A DNA stretch of 64,000 nucleotides from positions 1,648,553 through 1,712,552 of the forward strand of contig NC_069000.1 in assembly GCF_001194135.2 (NCBI RefSeq), read 5' to 3'. The translations under genes and the position numbers were made by a program. Positions 51,100-60,833 of this stretch are shown one piece after another. This stretch comes from Octopus bimaculoides (taxonomy: Eukaryota). A model generated the notes under the pieces. The model was not told the origin of the DNA, did not search any database, and saw nothing but the letters and a program-made list of their open reading frames with translations. Numbering within the stretch: position 1 is the stretch's first letter; each line of letters opens with the position of its first letter.

Positions 51100-53498
51100 T
51101 AGTAGTAGGTCCCATGTCATCCCTGATTAGCTGAACAGATCTATAATCAAAGGTGTTCCAGCCATGACTGTCTCTTGTTAATTTGTCTACTCCTTTTATT
51201 TATTTATTTATTTATTTATTTAAGATGATTGTGATTTGAGGGCGATATAGTTGCTGTTTCTAGCATATTGAGTGACCACATGTGTGTGTGAGTATATATA
51301 GTATTTTTATATAAGCTTAAATCTTATGGCGATCACCGTGCAATGACTACAGAAAATAGTCTAATAAAGGGGTATATAAGCCCTCAACAGAAAAAGAAGA
51401 CTTTCTTATCCACATGAGGAAAGCCTTCTTTTTTTCTGTGGAGCCCTTATATGCCCTTTTATTAAACTATTTTCCTTAGTCATTGCACGGTGATCGCCAT
51501 AAGCTTCCCCTTGTTTTGACATTTTGTGAAGATTGTAAATGAGCATCACCATTACACATGCATTGTTGTTCATTTTCTCTCTTCCACGGGAAACATGTCT
51601 GACCATGGGGGAAGTATTACCTTTTTCTGCAAATAAGTGAGGGTTGGTGGCAGGAAGGGCATCTGACTCATGTAAACGTAGGTAGTAAGACGATGATGCC
51701 ATGGAAAAAATCTTCCCATGACTTCTGTGTAAACTCACTCTCGGCCTTTTTGTTGGTTTCTTTACAGATTAAACTCCACGGTCCATCGAATCCTTTAGAA
51801 ATGACCTTCTCTGGAATGACAAACTCAGGACGTCTTCGGTAAGTGTTTTTCAATTTAATTCTTCAGACATGTCTCAGTTATTGGAAGGGATTGTCAAATT
51901 CAAGAGAATGTCTGCTACGAATAATATTTTCTGACACGGCATTTCTAGGACAACCGCCAGTCAGACGCTGACCAAAAGTCAATGAACTGCGAGCAGGCTC
52001 AATAAAGGGAGCCTGAATTATTGGCTGCCATCACACACTTGAAGTCAGTGAGGGCAAAAATGAAACCAGCTCGCAAAGACACGTTCACTTTACTAAATTT
52101 ATACTCGGGCTAAGCCCGAACAGCCCCAGTGGTGGAGTCGCCACTGATGTATATATGTTACACAAACATTCACATACATACATATGTATTAGAATATTTC
52201 ATTCCATTGGTTGTGTTAATAACAGATGTTATATTGATGACTTTATCCATTCACATTTCTTTTTTTTTTTCTCCTGTGAAGAGGTGCTAAGATCGACTCG
52301 GACAGCGTGAACTGTGTTGCTATCGACGACAACCCACAGAACTCCACCGCCAGGATGATGGTTGCTGCTTTTGTCCACATGAATGCTAATGGTGTGAATG
52401 TCATCACACGAGATACAACATTGATGCCACACATTGCAGGACTTCCAGCTTTGGTTGCCATGTTGTTCACACCATATTGTGAATTGAGGTAACAATACTT
52501 AAGGTTTTTTTTTTTAAATTTTGGTATGGGCCCCATGGAGGCAATGACAAATGACTGAGGCTTTTGGCAATACACCATGTTTGAAAAGAAGACCCATCAA
52601 GACAAGTGAAATTGTAGTTGTGGCAGATACTGGTGGGTGTCATGCAACTGGCACCTGTGCCAGTTACACATAAAAGCACCCACTACACTCTTGGAGTGGT
52701 TGGTGTCAGGAAGGGCATCCAGCCGTAGAAACCATGCCAAATCAGACTGGAGTCTGGTGCAGCCTCTCAGCTTACCAGCCCTGGTCAAACCGTCCATCCC
52801 ATGCCAGCATGGACAATGGATGTTAAAAGATGGTGATGTGCTTTGTTTGTATATGTGTGTGTATTCGAGAGTGCATGGCCTACTAGTTAGAGTGTTGCAC
52901 TCATGATTGGGAGATTGTAGGTTTGATTCTAGGACCGGGTGGTACTTTGTGGTGTTGTGCAAAAGCACTTCATCTCACAATTGTCCCGTGATCACTTTGA
53001 TATCTGAAACGTGGCACACCACGGTGCACCTGTTCAGGCAATGTCAGTCTGAGGCAGGGAGTGAGTTCACGTTTAGCTGAGACATTTCTTCACGATAAAT
53101 AAATCATTTGTGTTGGTCATTCAGCAAGAAATTGGAGAACCCTTTCTCTGTCGTTTATGAGAGGAGAGTCCTCACAATGTGTGTGTGTGTGATGTTTTGT
53201 CCATTTTGTTTTCCTCCTTCTCAAAACCTAACTGATGATTTCTCATTGTAGAACTGATAAAAACATGACCTACTACTCTGGTGCCATTTGTGGTTTGGGC
53301 TTTGACAGTGAAACTGGAGCTGCAATCTACCCAGAGCATGACATGGAGATCGAGTTTGATTCAAAAATTGATCTTGATGATATATTTAAGGTACACAGAT
53401 ATCTCTCTCTCTCTCTCGGTCTCTCTCTCTCTCTCAGTCTCTCTCTCTCTCTCTCTCTCTCATATGTATCATCAACATCATCATTAATGTCCATTTTG

Positions 53499-53530
<32 letters not shown>

Positions 53531-54043
53531 TATATCATTATATGATTGAACGCCACACATCCTCATCCAAGTAAGTTTTATCCTAATAATTCTGATGCGC
53601 ACTCTATATGATCTTTTTACTCTTTCGTTTTTCTCTCTCTCTCTCTTATTCTTTTACATCATTTTTTAGATAAAAAAAATTTGCTCTGTAGTCTACTTCA
53701 TCTTTCAAAATCCTTCCCTTCTGACAAGAAGTTCGTCTCTGTGAAGACCAAGCTCCTGTTGGTTGAGAAATACTGATGTAGGATATTGGTCAGATCAGCC
53801 TCCTGCACAGTGGAGGAGGCTTTTTCTTTTCATTTCTTTGTCTTGCGACTTACTCAGTAGTTTTATTGCCATGTGAAAAAGCAACCAGTATGCATTGTAA
53901 AGTGGTTGGTGGCAGGAAGGACCTCTAGCCATAAAAACCCAGGTCTGTGGGGAATATTGGAGCTTGATGTAGTCCTTCAACCCATCGGATCCTGTCAAAC
54001 CACCCGACCCATGCCAACGTGGAACACAGACATTAAATGACGA

Positions 54044-54101
<58 letters not shown>

Positions 54102-57052
54102 GGTGGTGGTGATGATGATGATGCGGTGATAACGACAATAATCTGGCTCTCAGTTGTAGAATTGTTCTATTTACGTAGATCAATACCATTTGTTTTTTTT
54201 TTTTTTCTTTTGTAATTTTAACAGATTAATGGAATCCGACTGGCCATAAACATTATTATTGGTAACCAACAAACTGCCAGTACCTGGGGTCCTGAGTCTG
54301 TTGTGAAGCTACAGGAATCGGCTCGGAGGAAACTTTTAGAGTGAGTATGACTCATTCCGCTTTACTTTTTCTTTTTCTTTACTCACCCTCCCTCCATTCA
54401 CCCCTCCACCCTCTTTGCAGTTTTTCTGCCACTCATTCCCCCTTCACCTTGTTGTTGTTGTTTTGCTCTAGGTCAGTCCTATCCAGCAAGACAGACATTT
54501 TGGCCCAAGACATTCCAATAGTGACCATTCCATTTTGTTTTCAATTGTTTAGCTTGTTGTAGCCATTTCATCTAAAACCATGCTGGAGCAGCTACCTTTA
54601 CTGCATATAAGATGTAGCACTCAGCTATTCTAGAAATAGCAGCCAAATCTTACTTAAATTGCATACTGTGTCTTAGAAAAAAGGCAGAGACATATCAGGC
54701 AATGTAATCTTGGATATACAAGAAGACAGAATGGTCATGGTTGGATTGTCTTCAGTCTTTGGTTATAAGAGAAAGACTAATGAATCAACGCTTTTGATAG
54801 CCAATCACTCAAGCTTGAAATGGAATAATTCAGAAAATGACAGACCAATTCTGAGAGCAGAGTGGACAGACCGATGACATTGTAGGGTAGGTGTGAAAGG
54901 TTGGATCTGGCCACTTTTAACACTAAACAAAATATTTGAACTGGATATGGCCAGTTTAAATACTAAAAGGTTAACCGTTATAAAACTTATTTCCTCTGAT
55001 AATTCCTAATAAACTAAAAAAATCCCAAGGAGTTATCTCCCTTATGAATGATTAAAATATGTCGCTAATTAAAAATTAGATTTATTTGTTCACTTTTGAT
55101 TTGAACCTGAATTCGCTTTTATTTCTAGCATTTTCTCCCAACTTTCCAAATCATCAAAATATATTCCTTCTCTTATTTATTTTATTGTATTTATTTATTT
55201 ATTTCCAGTCTGATGCAGAAGAGAAGGGAACCAATTGACCCCGTTCTATCCTGGAACCCCTATGAATGGAACTTGGTGAGTGGCAAGACTTGTATTAAAC
55301 ATCAAATGTCCTAACTGTCCCCTCTTCACCTGACTCCCTGCCCCACCTGAAGAATTATCTAGAACTTAACTTCTGGATCTTATCTCAATGGGATGCTACT
55401 TTGTCCTCTAACTCTTTTGTCAACCATTGAGCTTATATTTTACCTCTCATTGCTGTTTTAGTGAAATGGTGCAACCCACGTCCACATAAGACATAGATGT
55501 TAAATGATGATGATGATGATGATGCTGTACTGTCTTTGTTTTTCTTTTTCCCCCCCCCACCAGATTTCACCATCAGACTATTTAAAACCGGATTGCTCCG
55601 ACAACAACTGGGAACTCCTGTTCAAACTCCACAAAGGCGTTGCCCTTGCAACCGAGTGTTCATCCAGCTTGAACGATGACAAAGAGGATGATAGCATCTC
55701 CGAACGAGATATAAGGGAGCTTGAAAACCACATCCAAGAGTTGAAAGTAATAGCTCGGATGTAAGTCATGAAGTATTTTCACTGTTGTTCTTCTGTCAAT
55801 GCCATATGAGGAATACCCATCATTGTGATGGCTGTCTCTCATATATTCTATTAATTGATTAATTAGTATACATAGCTTTGTTTTATTATTACTATTCTGC
55901 TGCTCAGCACTCTGCCAGTCATCACCTACTCTCCCCTCATTGCTCTCTGGCTCCACTTGATCATGTCCATGTACTCTTCTAAAATGTGAATAGTTACATA
56001 GTGCTTCAATATGAAAAAACCAGTTCTGCTTTTGCCCCTTCTATCATATGTTTTGCTCTTCTTTTGCCTTCCATTTTCTAGCATAAATTTGCCCTTCTCG
56101 AAGATCTTAGTCTTCCAAACTGCATGACAACATCACATGTGCTGGTGGCACGAATAGACCACCCTGTACATGTTGTAAAGTGATTGGCTTTAGCAAGGAC
56201 ATCCAGCTGTAGAAGCCATGCCAAAACAGACACTGGAGCAAAAGGCAGTCTTGGACTGGTCAAACTGTGAAACCCATGTCATCATTGAACATGTGTGTTA
56301 GATGATGGTGATGATGATGATGTGTTGTTGAGATGTCTTTCTACACTGATGGCTAATATTAACTGCTGTTGTGACTCTTTATATAGGAATTGTGCCATTA
56401 GGGGTTTGTGCCCTTATCTGCCCTCAACTCTTAGCTTCCTATACCGATAGAATAAGTACGATACACTGCAAAACAAACAAACAAAACAAAACAAAACAAT
56501 TAAGTCTTGGGGTTGACTTGTTTGACTAAAACCCCTTCAAGGCTGTGCCCCAGTATGGCCGCAGTCCAACGACTAAAACAAGAAGATAAACAATAAAAAC
56601 TTTTCTGAACCAACAACCCCTGTTGGGGCCCTTCATTGATCTTAACCCTGTTGTTATTTTGCATTTCCTCTTTTACTCTCTCCTCCTCCTCCTCCCTCAC
56701 ACTTTGACGTTGCTTTTGTTCATAGATATTGCACCTGGTGACCTTTCTTTCCTCTCCCCCACTGCTCTCCATGCCATCCCCCCCAACTGTGGCCACACAG
56801 CCTATAATTTAAAAATCTTCGTTATATTCAAATTAGATAAGGATTAAACCGTTTGTAAAGTAGCAGACTTGTCCAGAATGTCCGCAGCTGTACGTTTCTG
56901 TTTTTGGTTTATTTGACAGGTCCAGCTATTCCAATGTGATTCGATGCAAGCTGTGCAAGGAGACGTTTCCATCACCGAAGCTTCTGAACATGCACATTTC
57001 AACCCAGGGACACTTAAGGAAAGAAGCAAGCATCTTGGGTGGCACCATTTGA
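30143..57052 (+). CDS. TDRD9: ATP-dependent RNA helicase TDRD9/spindle-E, full 38-exon gene model (1468 aa): DExH helicase, HA2, Tudor domain, C-terminal zinc finger
   Basis: Motifs GPTGSGKTTQ, QPRRIAA, MTTGVLL, DEIH, MSAT, VLVFLPG, STNIAESSIT, QRKGRAGR; Tudor YRAQV/VFFVDYGN; C-terminal LHGPSNP, LCGLGF-like AICGLGF, PEHDME. All 37 introns are GT-AG with matching phases, and exon lengths sum to 4407 nt. Confidence 0.95.
33357..33435 (+). CDS. TDRD9: TDRD9 exon 2 (YSAKERTDYVLEYQAAEQQKLADQSQ)
   Basis: tttcag acceptor, gtgag donor; phases 2 to 0 fit both neighbours. Confidence 0.75.
33715..34110. repeat. Degenerate (CAT/CAC)n trinucleotide array (similar arrays at about 6040-6340, 35270-35540, 37440-37540, 50960-51110, 54040-54125)
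   Basis: Visible low-complexity repeats; they produce the poly-H/T/V/S ORFs in the track. Confidence 0.9.
34142..34321 (+). CDS. TDRD9: TDRD9 exon 3 (TRDVNV...LPIEEHKSQ)
   Basis: ttgtag/gtaact, 180 nt; the LPI motif precedes helicase motif I. Confidence 0.88.
34793..35014 (+). CDS. TDRD9: TDRD9 exon 4 (Walker A GPTGSGKTTQ, QPRRIAA)
   Basis: aacag/gtgaat, 222 nt. Confidence 0.95.
35113..35235 (+). CDS. TDRD9: TDRD9 exon 5 (VGMDRE...MTTGVLLQK...VILDE)
   Basis: tttag/gtttgt, 123 nt. Confidence 0.95.
35566..35646 (+). CDS. TDRD9: TDRD9 exon 6 (IHERDQETDF...KRIR)
   Basis: tacag/gtaagt, 81 nt; completes DEIH. Confidence 0.95.
35892..36050 (+). CDS. TDRD9: TDRD9 exon 7 (VILMSAT...EYYVEDLVPLGT)
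   Basis: tgcag/gtaagt, 159 nt. Confidence 0.95.
36775..36878 (+). CDS. TDRD9: TDRD9 exon 8 (IGQLDPDNPHI...ETKEQG)
   Basis: cttag/gtaagt, 104 nt. Confidence 0.88.
37373..37431 (+). CDS. TDRD9: TDRD9 exon 9 (NDPHSG...GSVLVFLPG)
   Basis: tttag/gtaagc, 59 nt. Confidence 0.92.
37777..37834 (+). CDS. TDRD9: TDRD9 exon 10 (LSDIDKLYDKLRTLPGQH)
   Basis: ttacag/gtaagt, 58 nt. Confidence 0.9.
38369..38453 (+). CDS. TDRD9: TDRD9 exon 11 (LVVIPLHSSVTIEEQ...PGYRK)
   Basis: tgcag/gtaagt, 85 nt. Confidence 0.94.
38716..38773 (+). CDS. TDRD9: TDRD9 exon 12 (VILSTNIAESSITVPDIKY)
   Basis: Uncommon GAG acceptor, gtaagt donor, 58 nt. Confidence 0.93.
39405..39509 (+). CDS. TDRD9: TDRD9 exon 13 (IDFCLTK...WASKANCIQRK)
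   Basis: cgcag/gtaaag, 105 nt. Confidence 0.95.
39754..39851 (+). CDS. TDRD9: TDRD9 exon 14 (GRAGRVSNGRVYRL...PEMQ)
   Basis: tgtag/gtaagt, 98 nt; helicase motif VI. Confidence 0.95.
40328..40459 (+). CDS. TDRD9: TDRD9 exon 15 (RCPLDLLVL...IERTILELKE)
   Basis: ttcag/gtaaga, 132 nt. Confidence 0.95.
40577..40739 (+). CDS. TDRD9: TDRD9 exon 16 (IGALAL...LTYMGRVIASLP...KECLIL; HA2)
   Basis: tgtag/gtaagt, 163 nt. Confidence 0.95.
40901..41302 (+). mobile_element. tRNA-derived SINE, family B, most complete copy (CORE-like ccttgggcaagtgtc; other copies at about 16907-17060, 18395-18540, 23470-23625, 32925-33030, 50360-50500, 57945-58090, 59420-59665)
   Basis: tRNA-like head (tggctgtgtggtaag...ggttcagtccc), central (TG)n, tail ccagcatggccacagtcgaatgactgaaac; many dispersed copies in both orientations. 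Confidence 0.85.
41586..41649 (+). CDS. TDRD9: TDRD9 exon 17 (AALSLKSVISRPYKKHLESY)
   Basis: tgtag/gtgagt, 64 nt. Confidence 0.93.
42216..42279 (+). CDS. TDRD9: TDRD9 exon 18 (RKFSWADASFSDCIAIVNIYK)
   Basis: cccag/gtaagt, 64 nt. Confidence 0.93.
42517..42618 (+). CDS. TDRD9: TDRD9 exon 19 (VWERN...FVQIKRIHE)
   Basis: atcag/gtaagg, 102 nt. Confidence 0.93.
42789..42908 (+). CDS. TDRD9: TDRD9 exon 20 (LAELIRELEFRLTQFNL...KLLFK)
   Basis: ttcag/gtttca, 120 nt. Confidence 0.92.
43601..43708 (+). CDS. TDRD9: TDRD9 exon 21 (LIICGAFYPNYF...GKDPFNTVM)
   Basis: catag/gtcagt, 108 nt. Confidence 0.94.
44097..44143 (+). ncRNA. Type I hammerhead ribozyme motif (minimal, stem II weakened)
   Basis: TTGTAG-CTGATGA-cgtgcaacaacgca-GAAA-tgcatgcg-TC-CTACAA. 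Perfect 6-bp stem I, all invariant core nucleotides, GUC cleavage triplet, palindromic stem III. Confidence 0.7.
44387..44490 (+). CDS. TDRD9: TDRD9 exon 22 (INGLPPNQGSLY...HMEES)
   Basis: atcag/gtaagt, 104 nt. Confidence 0.92.
44580..45172 (-). mobile_element. RTE-clade LINE 3' fragment (end of the RT ORF, 3' UTR, (AAT)n tail)
   Basis: Translation CWMCNVSV...LREKLGIRSI...RRLCWYGHVLRM...GRGRPRKTWDEVVK.DL is the typical RTE ORF C-terminus. An (AAT)n tail lies at about 44580-44624. Confidence 0.85.
45277..45390 (+). CDS. TDRD9: TDRD9 exon 23 (IFIEFAR...PAVYLALKM)
   Basis: tgtag/gtaagt, 114 nt. Confidence 0.92.
46086..46211 (+). CDS. TDRD9: TDRD9 exon 24 (KTSYRTLEL...LRTN)
   Basis: tctag/gtcagg, 126 nt. 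Confidence 0.88.
46693..46777 (+). CDS. TDRD9: TDRD9 exon 25 (ITAASA...IQIIVTE)
   Basis: gacag/gtaagt, 85 nt. Confidence 0.9.
47073..47171 (+). CDS. TDRD9: TDRD9 exon 26 (VLECGHFWARY...; extended Tudor start)
   Basis: tttag/gttggt, 99 nt. Confidence 0.92.
47435..47545 (+). CDS. TDRD9: TDRD9 exon 27 (GMICAAPY...YYRAQVEAI; Tudor)
   Basis: catag/gtaagt, 111 nt. Confidence 0.94.
47770..48800 (-). mobile_element. Retroelement 5' part: 5' UTR with an 18-bp tandem repeat plus an ORF1/gag-like ORF (47814-48314, 166 aa), 3'-truncated, antisense in TDRD9 intron 27
   Basis: Stop-free 166-codon ORF of normal complexity with RRM-like segments (RVVLRT...VWLLFDTPEE; TRAWVCGLPPGIELEWI). GC-richer than the host intron; long leader with tandem monomers. 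Family assignment is from pattern memory only. Confidence 0.55.
48431..48523 (+). repeat. Minisatellite, 5 x 18 bp (TGGCCRTCCTGGGACTCC)
   Basis: Five consecutive units that differ only at A/G. Confidence 0.95.
48851..48940 (+). CDS. TDRD9: TDRD9 exon 28 (VFFVDYGNME...DVPFQ; Tudor)
   Basis: tttag/gtgagt, 90 nt. Confidence 0.95.
49120..49233 (+). mobile_element. Short Penelope-like repeat remnant with a decayed minimal hammerhead motif
   Basis: ACAC-CTAACGA-agactg...cagcc-GGAAC-ATT-GTGT is four transitions away from the ACAC-CTGAYGA-aggctg..cagcc-GAAAC-GTT-GTGT minimal type I layout. Confidence 0.45.
49290..49412 (+). CDS. TDRD9: TDRD9 exon 29 (AFECYLSGIQPS...PIYAQ)
   Basis: ttcag/gtaaga, 123 nt. 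Confidence 0.94.
49458..49648. mobile_element. MITE/fold-back element with 43-bp terminal inverted repeats (2 mismatches) in TDRD9 intron 29
   Basis: aagagttaaggaatggagttgataagatccgggctacatatgt ... acatatgtagcccggatcttagctactccattccttaactctt. Confidence 0.8.
49746..49877 (+). CDS. TDRD9: TDRD9 exon 30 (IYSVVGRVLHVEL...EESFLSK)
   Basis: tccag/gtaagt, 132 nt. Confidence 0.94.
50157..50291 (+). CDS. TDRD9: TDRD9 exon 31 (KDHEERKK...RYVGK)
   Basis: ttcag/gtcagc, 135 nt. Confidence 0.88.
51768..51838 (+). CDS. TDRD9: TDRD9 exon 32 (IKLHGPSNPLEM...GRL)
   Basis: tacag/gtaagt, 71 nt. Confidence 0.93.
52282..52488 (+). CDS. TDRD9: TDRD9 exon 33 (GAKIDSDSVN...TTLMPHIAGLPALVAMLFTPYCEL)
   Basis: AAG acceptor (required by phase), gtaaca donor, 207 nt. 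Confidence 0.93.
53252..53390 (+). CDS. TDRD9: TDRD9 exon 34 (TDKNMTYYSGAICGLGF...PEHDME...)
   Basis: tgtag/gtacac, 139 nt. Confidence 0.94.
54225..54340 (+). CDS. TDRD9: TDRD9 exon 35 (INGIRLAIN...ARRKLL)
   Basis: aacag/gtgagt, 116 nt. Confidence 0.93.
55209..55275 (+). CDS. TDRD9: TDRD9 exon 36 (LMQKRREP...PYEWNL)
   Basis: tccag/gtgagt, 67 nt. Confidence 0.92.
55564..55760 (+). CDS. TDRD9: TDRD9 exon 37 (ISPSDYL...LFKLHKGVAL...ELKVIAR)
   Basis: accag/gtaagt, 197 nt. LFKLHKGVAL matches the vertebrate C-terminal LYQLHKLVVL (recalled), and the ORF then continues. Confidence 0.87.
56920..57052 (+). CDS. TDRD9: TDRD9 exon 38, terminal (SSYSNVIRCKLCKETFPSPKLLNMHISTQGHLRKEASILGGTI*)
   Basis: gacag acceptor in phase 2 matches the exon 37 donor; encodes C-x2-C-x12-H-x5-H, then TGA. 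Confidence 0.82.
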
Positions 57053-57099
57053 AAATGGCACCATCTTGTTTGAAAGGGTTGGGGTGCTGGGTGGCAGAT

Positions 57100-57560
57100 T
57101 GTGGCTTCTTTCTTTCTTTCTTTCTTTCCTTCCTTTCTTTCTTTCTTTCTTTCTCAGTGGTGGAAGAAACTGTTGCTTCAGCTCTTCTCAAAATTATACC
57201 GTGATGTGTGTATGTATATATATATGTGTGTGTGTGTGTGTGTATATATATATGTATGTATGTTTTGTATGGGTGATATGTGTGTGCATGTATGTGTGTT
57301 TATGAGTGTATATGTATGTGTGTATATATATATATATACAAGCACACACACACACACACATATATACATATACATATATATATATACACACATATATATA
57401 CAGACATATATATACACACACATATATACACACACACACACATATATATGTTTATATATGTGTGTGTATATGTGTGTGTGTATATATACATACACACTAA
57501 CACAAACATACCCACACACACACACACACACACACTCAAACACACACACACAGAGAAGGA
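57100..57560. repeat. Compound microsatellite (TTTC)n + (TG/TA/CA)n directly downstream of the TDRD9 stop
   Basis: Direct reading. Other long pure tracts are (TA)n 11991-12062, (TG)n 47270-47372, (ATT)n 9670-9725 and (GATA)n 15676-15748. Confidence 0.95.
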
Positions 57561-60500
57561 AAGCATGTTGTTCCATTATTGGTGGAATCAAGAAAAAAAC
57601 CCACTCCATTCAGTCAGAGACAAATGTCATTTAACAAACGGAAGATTGAAGTGTGAGCTGCTATAAGTTTCATGCCTCTGATAATAGAATGGTCGGACAA
57701 AGTTTGTATAACCATGAAAATAGGGCCTGACAATACATGGCAGGCTATACAAGCTTGTCTGATCATTGTATTTCCAGAGACATGAAACTTATAATAGCTT
57801 GTATTCAAGTCCTGTGTATATTAAATATACATGTGTGTGTGTGTGTGTGTGTATCTGTGTATATATGTATGTATGTGTATGTGTGTATACATATATATAT
57901 ATGTATATATAAATGTGTGTATATATGTGTGTGTGTACAGACACAGTCATGGTTGTGTGGTAAGAAATTTGCTTCCCAACCACATGGTTCCGTGTTCAGT
58001 CCCACTGCGTGGTACATTGGGCAAGTGTCTTCTCCTATACTGACCAAAGCCTTGTGAATGGACTTGATAGACGGAAACTGAAAGAAGCCCATCCTATCTG
58101 TTTGTGTGTGTATTGTCTTTCCAATTATATACCTACCCCTCAATCCATTCTCCTGCTGTCCTGTTTACGGCCCAGCCTCTGCTCCCCTTGTTTTTTCTCC
58201 CTTTGTGACGATGTCTGCTGCTAAGGTCCCAATCTTGGTGCTTTCACAGAATCCTCAGACAGACCTGGATTTGGCTGTGTCCGTGACTAGGAGATTATCC
58301 ATCAGAGTCTTTCATTTATATCCAGGCGCCAGACTTTGTAAGGGAGAAGAAGTGCTTTCCTTCTCTGCTGGCGTCAATCAGTTTGATTGATTGCTAAGAA
58401 TTTAATTAGTGGGTGTGGTCTACAACAGATTTGCCTGGCATGGAATGGTCCATCCTTGTGATTTATAATACACACACTTACACACACATATCTGTGTGTG
58501 TGTATAAATATATACATATACACACACACACACACTCACGCGTGCGCACGCATTCACATATTTGTTTAGATATCTATATATATATATATACTGTTGATCA
58601 GTAGACAAGTAAGAACTCAGATTGGTTACGGGAATGGCAGACTCAGTAGTTTTGGACAAAATGTATTTCATAATATTTGGTCCTGTCCTCTTACATTCCG
58701 AGTTCAAATCTCACCTAGACTCACTTTATACCTTTCATCCTTTTGACATTACCAAAAAAGAAAAAAGAAAAAAAAAAGAGAAATATGTAATTAAACATAC
58801 AAAAACATATGTAAATACAGTCCGCAGGTAATGAAATGGGGGTGGGGGTAAATTGTTGGTGGAGTGACTCTTCTACCTTTGAAGGTATTGTTCCAACATA
58901 TTATGATCCGATGACTGAAACCTGTTAAAGAAGATATGGCGCCATTTGGTGTTTCATTGATTCTATCAAAGAATTGTATTTTTTAATAAAACATCAAGAA
59001 TTTGATTTGGTTTTGTGTCAAACTGTTTTAAATGACTGCCTTTGCACCCTCTCCACCCCTCAACTGGAACTATGTACCCCTATCTGGATGGAGATGTTGG
59101 TCTTTGTGGGGGTTTTCTTTCCAGGTTTTGTTTTGTGTTTTCACTCTCAAATAACTAATTGAATGGATGAGTAATGTTTATCATCATCATCATAATCATC
59201 ATCATCATCATGATCATCATCATCAAGGTGGTGAGTTGGCAGAATCATTAGCGTGCTGGACGAAATGCTTAGCGGTATTTCGTCCGTCTTTACGTTCAGA
59301 GTTCAAATTCTGCCGAGGTCGATTAAATAAGTACCAGTGAAACACTGGGGTTGAAGTAATCGACTAGTTACTAGTCCTTTCCCCCAAATCTATCTATCTA
59401 TGCTCAGGAGTGGATTTGGTAGGCGGAAATTGAAAGACGCTCGTCGTATATATATTATGCTTGTGTGTCTGGTCTGTCCCTCCACCATCGCTTGACAACC
59501 GATGATGGTGTGTTTACGACCCCATAGCTTGGCGGTTCGGCAAAAGACACCATTAAAATAAGTACTAAGCTTACAAAGAATAAGTCCTGGGGTTGATTTA
59601 CTCAACTAAAAGGCGGTGCTCCAGCATGGCCGCAGTCAAATGACTGAAACACGTAAAAGAATAAAAAAAAGTATCAAATCCTGTGTATAAAATGGAGGCG
59701 CACAAAGTAATGTTGATTGGTCGAAATAAAGGAATGTACAATTATATTTAGAATACTTGAACGTGGGTAAACCTTTTGTTGGGGAAGTTGTTTTGAGAGA
59801 AAGTTCTCTTCATAGACAATACATGTGAAAGCATTATTTGGCCATGAATAAAGTCATTGCATACGTATCCTGTATGTTTTCTCTGGGCAGAGACATTGAA
59901 GGAAATAAATGTGATACTGAAGTGAGTGGAAGACTGAAAATTTGTAATTAAAATATACTAATTACATATGAACGGTGGATATTGGAATATAAAGTCAAAT
60001 AGCCTCAAAATCGAACACTTAGTAATGAACGCTCAGTCTGTAGCCACAGAGCGGTTACATTTCTGAAATGGATATTAAAATAAGATTTAATATCAACTAA
60101 AAGAGATAAACAGTTATAGCAATAATACTAATTATTGCAAATTTGGAAATATTTTCCCGTGCACCGCAAATTAGCAAAAGGCTCAATAGAAAAGAATGCA
60201 TTCATATTTCGAATAATATACTGAAATGCATTGAAGGCTAAAACGGAATAATGCTCGGAAATAACGGCAATTTAAATTAAATTCCATCTAAATTTCATCC
60301 TTCACTACGCCTTACATTAGAGCAGAAATTATACTCGTATATTCGTTTCTTAAATGAAATACAGAATAAGCTGACTGGTTAAAAGGCTTGCATTGCAACC
60401 ACGTGGTTTTGGCCAATGCCGACTACTCCAGTTCAGAGAATGTTGGAAATGCGGCAAGAGGGATTTGACAGGACTGTGGAGATTGCCAAAGAATTTCTCT

Positions 60501-60784
60501 TCTTTCAATCTCATACAAAATTCTGACAAAAATACAACTCGAGTTACTGCATAAAATATCCGATGAGCTGTAAAGCGAAACCTGGTAGTCATTCTGCAAT
60601 TTCAATCACATCTAATGAATAAACATGTTTCCTTTATTCATGCATTTGGACAGTATTGAGTATATTTTTATTGACATTGGCTACATCTGTTCTTAATCAG
60701 GTGTATTGTATATATAAAAAATGTATGTATGTATGTATGCATGTATGTGTACACATACGTTTATACTTACATAGACATACATGC

Positions 60785-60833
<49 letters not shown>

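Noticed and set aside
58140-58390. GC-richer segment downstream of TDRD9
   Set aside because: No convincing ORF or structure; probably an old TE fragment that I cannot assign.
60416-60526. Short ORF ...MLEMRQEGFDRTVEIAKEF... faintly resembling a hAT transposase helix
   Set aside because: Only about 15 residues of resemblance from memory, with no flanking similarity or TIRs; it needs an HMM search.
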